Assembly (NCBI GenBank): GCA_031425655.1
Contig: JANPJS010000007.1
Coordinates: 1 to 18,125 of the forward strand
Direction of reading: 5' to 3'
DNA from: Abditibacteriaceae bacterium
GTDB taxonomy: Bacteria > Armatimonadota > Abditibacteriia > Abditibacteriales > Abditibacteriaceae
Length of the DNA stretch: 18,125 nucleotides
The position numbers were made by a program, and so were the translations under genes. Position 1 is the stretch's first letter. Each line of letters starts with the position of its first letter. The notes under the pieces were generated by a model. That model did not search any database. It worked only from the letters and a program-made list of their open reading frames with translations, and was not told the origin of the DNA. Below, piece by piece: positions 14,687 through 18,125 of the stretch.

Positions 14687-17600
14687 GCTGAGATTCCCGA
14701 TTTTACCGATTCAAGGGCCGTTTTAACCTGCCCGTAGTGATGAAATACCTGCTCGACGCGCGTTGCGGCGCCTTCAAGTTCTCCGGCTTTGGCTTGCTCT
14801 TCCAATTCTTTACACAATCCCGACAGCGCGAAAGCCCCGAAGTTGGCGCTGTTGGACTTCAAAGTGTGCGCCGACCGCTTAAGAAGATTCGCGTCCTGCT
14901 GCGCGGCGGACTGACGCAGATCGCTCAGCATCACTTCCGAATCCGTGAGAAACGTTTCGATAAGCTCGACCAGAAATTCGTCGCCTAAAGTTTCGCGCAG
15001 ACGTTCGAGCGTCGGGCTGTCGAGTGCCGGTTCTGCCGATTCTCCTGCCTCGGTTGCCGATAATTGCGGCGCATCTGCCGCCGCAATCGGAACCGGCTCA
15101 GCGACAATCTTAACCGGCGCGGCTACCGTGCTAACTGCGATTTCCGGCGCGGTTTTTAAGGCAGGAGCGAGCGATTCGGCGACATTTTGCGGCTCCTCAG
15201 CGATAGGGGACGCAGTTTTATGCTTCGATAACGGGCGGCAACGGCGCAGGGCGGCGATAAGGTCTTCGTTGTGAATCGGCTTGCTGAGATAATCGTCCAT
15301 GCCCGCTTCGAGGCAATCTTCGCGGTCGCCCTGCATGGCGTTGGCGGTCATGGCGATGATGCGCGGGCGCACGTCGCGCGGCCAACGCGCGCAAATGCGC
15401 CGCGAGGCTTCATGACCGTCCATTTCCGGCATTTGCACATCCATGAAAGCCACGTCGTAAGACTGCCGTTCCAGCGCCTCAATCGCTTCCAGTCCGTTCC
15501 CCGCGACATCGGCCATGTATCCCATTTGTCCCAACAAGCGCAACGCCAACTTTTGATTCACGGCGTTGTCTTCCACCAGCAAAATGCGCAGCGGCAGCTT
15601 CGTCGCCATTTCTTTGTCGAATTTCAGTTCGTCGGTGTCGTAATGGTTTTCCGGCACATGATCGGAGAACAAGCCCGCCAAAACATCGAACATCTGCGAC
15701 TGCTTGACCGGCTTGGTCATGTAAGCGGCCCATTTGACGGTTTCGGTATCCGCTAAGCGCCGTCCGATGGACGTGCACATCACGAGGGGCAGGTTTTCAT
15801 CGTCGCGGTATTTACGAATCTCGTGGGCGAGGCTGAGGCCGTCCATTTCCGGCATTTGCATATCGAGAATGGCCACGTCGAAGGGGTCGCCGCGCTTGAT
15901 CCATTCCAGAGCCTCGAAGGCCGATTCGGTGTCGCGCGGGTGCATTCCCCACGATTCGGTTTGCAGCATGAGAATACGCCGATTTGTGGCGTTGTCGTCT
16001 ACGATCAAGACACGTTTTTCTTCCAAAGCCACCTGAGTGCCCTGCAAACGCGAACGGCGGTGCGGCATCGGAACGGCTTCGGCGCGCAGCGTAAAATGAA
16101 AGGTCGTGCCCGTCCCGGTGCCTGCGCTTTCGGCCCACATTTCGCCGTCCATTAGCTCAACTAAACGTTTGCTGATCATCAAGCCCAAACCGGTGCCACC
16201 GAACTTGCGCGTCATCGAGGCATCCACCTGGCTGAAGGACTTGAACAAGCGATCCATGCGATCCGCAGGGATGCCGATTCCGGTGTCTTTGACCGCGAAA
16301 TGCAGCTCGTAGCAGCCTTCACCGGAGTCCGCCGCGTTCGCCGGCGCATCATCTACGCGTTTGGAATTAATCGCCAGCACGATTTCACCGTTGGGTGTGA
16401 ACTTTTCCGCGTTGGTCAGCAGATTTATAAGGATTTGTCGCAGCCGTGTCACATCGCCTACGATGGCTGCCGGCGCCGCCGGGTCTAAAACGTAGACCAT
16501 CTCCAAGCCTTTGTCGGCGGCTCTGGGCGCCACTAAGTCGAATGCGGATTCGATGCAATGACGCAGATCGAAAGGATGGTTTTCCAGTTCCATGCGCCCG
16601 GCTTCGATTTTGGAAAAATCCAAAATATCGTTGATAATGGTCAACAAAGCGTCGGCGCTGTTGCGAATAATTTCGCCGCACTCTTTTTGATCCGGCGTTA
16701 ATTCCGTTTGCAAAATCAAGCCCGACATTCCGATGATGGCGTTCATCGGCGTGCGGATTTCGTGGCTCATGCTGGCCAAAAACGCGCTTTTGGTGCGGTT
16801 GGCCGATTCGGCCATTTCTTTGGCTTGCAACAATTGCTCAGCGTTTTTCGCCTGCGCGTCTTCGTAACGCTGCAAGTCGGTCAGCATACCATTGATGGCG
16901 ATACCGGCTCTGGCTAATTCGTCTTTGCCTTTGGTTTCCAAACGCAGTGTTAAATCGTGGCTGTAACCGATGCTTTCTACGTCGCGCGTAAAACGATCCA
17001 GCCGCGATAACACCAGCTTTTCTAAGAGCAACATGGTCAGCGCGGCGAAGATCACACCGACGACACCGACGGCGCTCATTAAATAGGCTAAATCCGATTT
17101 GCTGGAATCCGAAATCTGGCGCGGCATCGCCGCGCGCATCAGCAAAGCCGGCTGGCCGTAAATGTCGTCTAACGAGGCATAGGCAGCCATGTCTTCGGAA
17201 TCGAGAGGACTCACGAACGGCATCGAGCGCGCTTGTCGAAGTTCGGTGCGAGCCACGAGAAAGTCGCGCGGCAATTTGCTTTTGAGAGGCAGGAATTTCA
17301 AGCCCAACCGCGTTGCCTCGCTGAGTTCGGTGATTTCGCGGGCGCCGAGATAACGACCCACGACTAAAGTGCCACGCACCGGCCCCTTTCTGCTACTGGG
17401 AATAATGGGCCGCGCGGTCAGGAGCATCGGGCCTTCATCGGCGACGAAAAACCCGGTGTGATTGTCGTCTACGCCGCTGTGTTGAAGTAACGCATCGCCG
17501 GCGCGCAAGCGTTCCATCAACTGCACGGGGAAATCCGTTTTTTGCTTGGTTTTGCTATCGAAGCCCGTCGAATAAACGATGCGGCCTTCGGCATCCACAA

Positions 17601-17910
17601 ACGCAACGGCGTTAACGCGCAGCGTGTTGAGCGACTCGCCAATTAAATTCGATTCCCGGTATTTTTGATTGCCGTCGGCGAGGAAGCGGTAGGTATCGTC
17701 CCAGGCCGACCAGGTGGCGAAACGGTCGCTGAAATCCTTCGCGCTCTGGCCAACGATGGTCACCGCTCCGCTCATGGATTGCTGCGCGTTTTCGATTTCC
17801 GTCACGCCTAAATTGCGTTTGAGCAAGCGCGAAGAGACATTGAAAAGAACGGCGACCAGAGCCAGCAAAGTGCCGCCGGTGAGAAGAAGAGTTTTAAGTC
17901 TGAGCGTCAT
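14683..17910 (-). CDS. Membrane hybrid sensor kinase (TM-CHASE4-TM-HAMP-HisKA-HATPase-REC-REC-Hpt)
   Basis: Start re-called at ATG 17910 ([10 protein letters not shown] + TM helix). CHASE4-like [14 protein letters not shown]-like [46 protein letters not shown]; two REC domains (LDMQMP, MDVQMP); Hpt [13 protein letters not shown]. Confidence 0.92.
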   Translation of the reverse strand: MTLRLKTLLLTGGTLLALVAVLFNVSSRLLKRNLGVTEIENAQQSMSGAVTIVGQSAKDFSDRFATWSAWDDTYRFLADGNQKYRESNLIGESLNTLRVNAVAFVDAEGRIVYSTGFDSKTKQKTDFPVQLMERLRAGDALLQHSGVDDNHTGFFVADEGPMLLTARPIIPSSRKGPVRGTLVVGRYLGAREITELSEATRLGLKFLPLKSKLPRDFLVARTELRQARSMPFVSPLDSEDMAAYASLDDIYGQPALLMRAAMPRQISDSSKSDLAYLMSAVGVVGVIFAALTMLLLEKLVLSRLDRFTRDVESIGYSHDLTLRLETKGKDELARAGIAINGMLTDLQRYEDAQAKNAEQLLQAKEMAESANRTKSAFLASMSHEIRTPMNAIIGMSGLILQTELTPDQKECGEIIRNSADALLTIINDILDFSKIEAGRMELENHPFDLRHCIESAFDLVAPRAADKGLEMVYVLDPAAPAAIVGDVTRLRQILINLLTNAEKFTPNGEIVLAINSKRVDDAPANAADSGEGCYELHFAVKDTGIGIPADRMDRLFKSFSQVDASMTRKFGGTGLGLMISKRLVELMDGEMWAESAGTGTGTTFHFTLRAEAVPMPHRRSRLQGTQVALEEKRVLIVDDNATNRRILMLQTESWGMHPRDTESAFEALEWIKRGDPFDVAILDMQMPEMDGLSLAHEIRKYRDDENLPLVMCTSIGRRLADTETVKWAAYMTKPVKQSQMFDVLAGLFSDHVPENHYDTDELKFDKEMATKLPLRILLVEDNAVNQKLALRLLGQMGYMADVAGNGLEAIEALERQSYDVAFMDVQMPEMDGHEASRRICARWPRDVRPRIIAMTANAMQGDREDCLEAGMDDYLSKPIHNEDLIAALRRCRPLSKHKTASPIAEEPQNVAESLAPALKTAPEIAVSTVAAPVKIVAEPVPIAAADAPQLSATEAGESAEPALDSPTLERLRETLGDEFLVELIETFLTDSEVMLSDLRQSAAQQDANLLKRSAHTLKSNSANFGAFALSGLCKELEEQAKAGELEGAATRVEQVFHHYGQVKTALESVKSGISA

Positions 17911-17942
17911 GGGTTTTTGGGGATTCCCCTGCATTTTACAAC

Positions 17943-17966
17943 AAAAAAAGCCTTCGTTACGAAAGG
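17943..17966 (-). terminator. Weak hairpin plus U-tract upstream of the sensor kinase
   Basis: Minus strand CCTTTCG-TAA-CGAAGG-C-TTTTTTT, followed by a TAAAAT -10-like hexamer (17933-17938). Confidence 0.3.
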
Positions 17967-18008
17967 TTGAGGGCGCTGCAGGCAAGGTCGGGTTAACTAA
18001 GTATTCCC

Positions 18009-18125
18009 ATGACTTATTTTTCAACTTTATGGCGGGACGAGGCCAAAGATCAAACGGCGATTGAGGCCATGCTGCTTCGCATGGGCCTTTTCGAGCGCAT
18101 CAAGCCGCAGCCCACCAAAACCAAA
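18009..18125 (+). CDS. Possible divergent gene, 5' part only ([39 protein letters not shown]...)
   Basis: Open frame from ATG 18009 (or ATG 18069 with GAGG SD) to the window edge; no family recognised. Confidence 0.3.
   Translation, partial: MTYFSTLWRDEAKDQTAIEAMLLRMGLFERIKPQPTKTK

Noticed and set aside
17911..18060. Riboswitch or attenuator upstream of the sensor kinase
   Set aside because: Only a weak hairpin plus U-tract; no aptamer consensus recognised. An Rfam/Infernal scan would be decisive.
18009..18125. LWRDE...QTAIE resembling an Flp pilin leader
   Set aside because: Lacks the cleavage-site Gly, the Glu-Tyr pair and the following hydrophobic helix; the sequence is truncated by the window edge.

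Overview
GC-rich bacterial chromosomal window; the lineage cannot be fixed from sequence alone. One large + strand gene (367-3873) encodes a secreted multi-module GH123/DUF4091-like glycoside hydrolase. It converges on a roughly 14 kb run of - strand genes, in transcription order: CHASE4-type hybrid sensor kinase, REC-HisKA kinase, cysteine desulfurase, mnmA, hrcA, grpE, dnaJ (no dnaK), a small acidic hypothetical, sucC, three inserted genes (Zn-ribbon protein, MenA1-like antitoxin, MenT1-like nucleotidyltransferase) and sucD. The most striking non-coding signal is that almost every sizeable intergenic gap is filled by a long inverted-repeat element. These fall into recurring families: 8-mer C[A/G]CAAAG arms (twice), 7-mer RGTKYTG arms (twice), TCCGYG..CCATTGAAAG arms (twice), plus GTAG- and TGTC-type REPs. 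Several sit flush against stop or start codons, one site is triply nested, and one arm encodes the C-terminal 10 residues of the desulfurase. No transposase, CRISPR array, tRNA or rRNA gene was seen.
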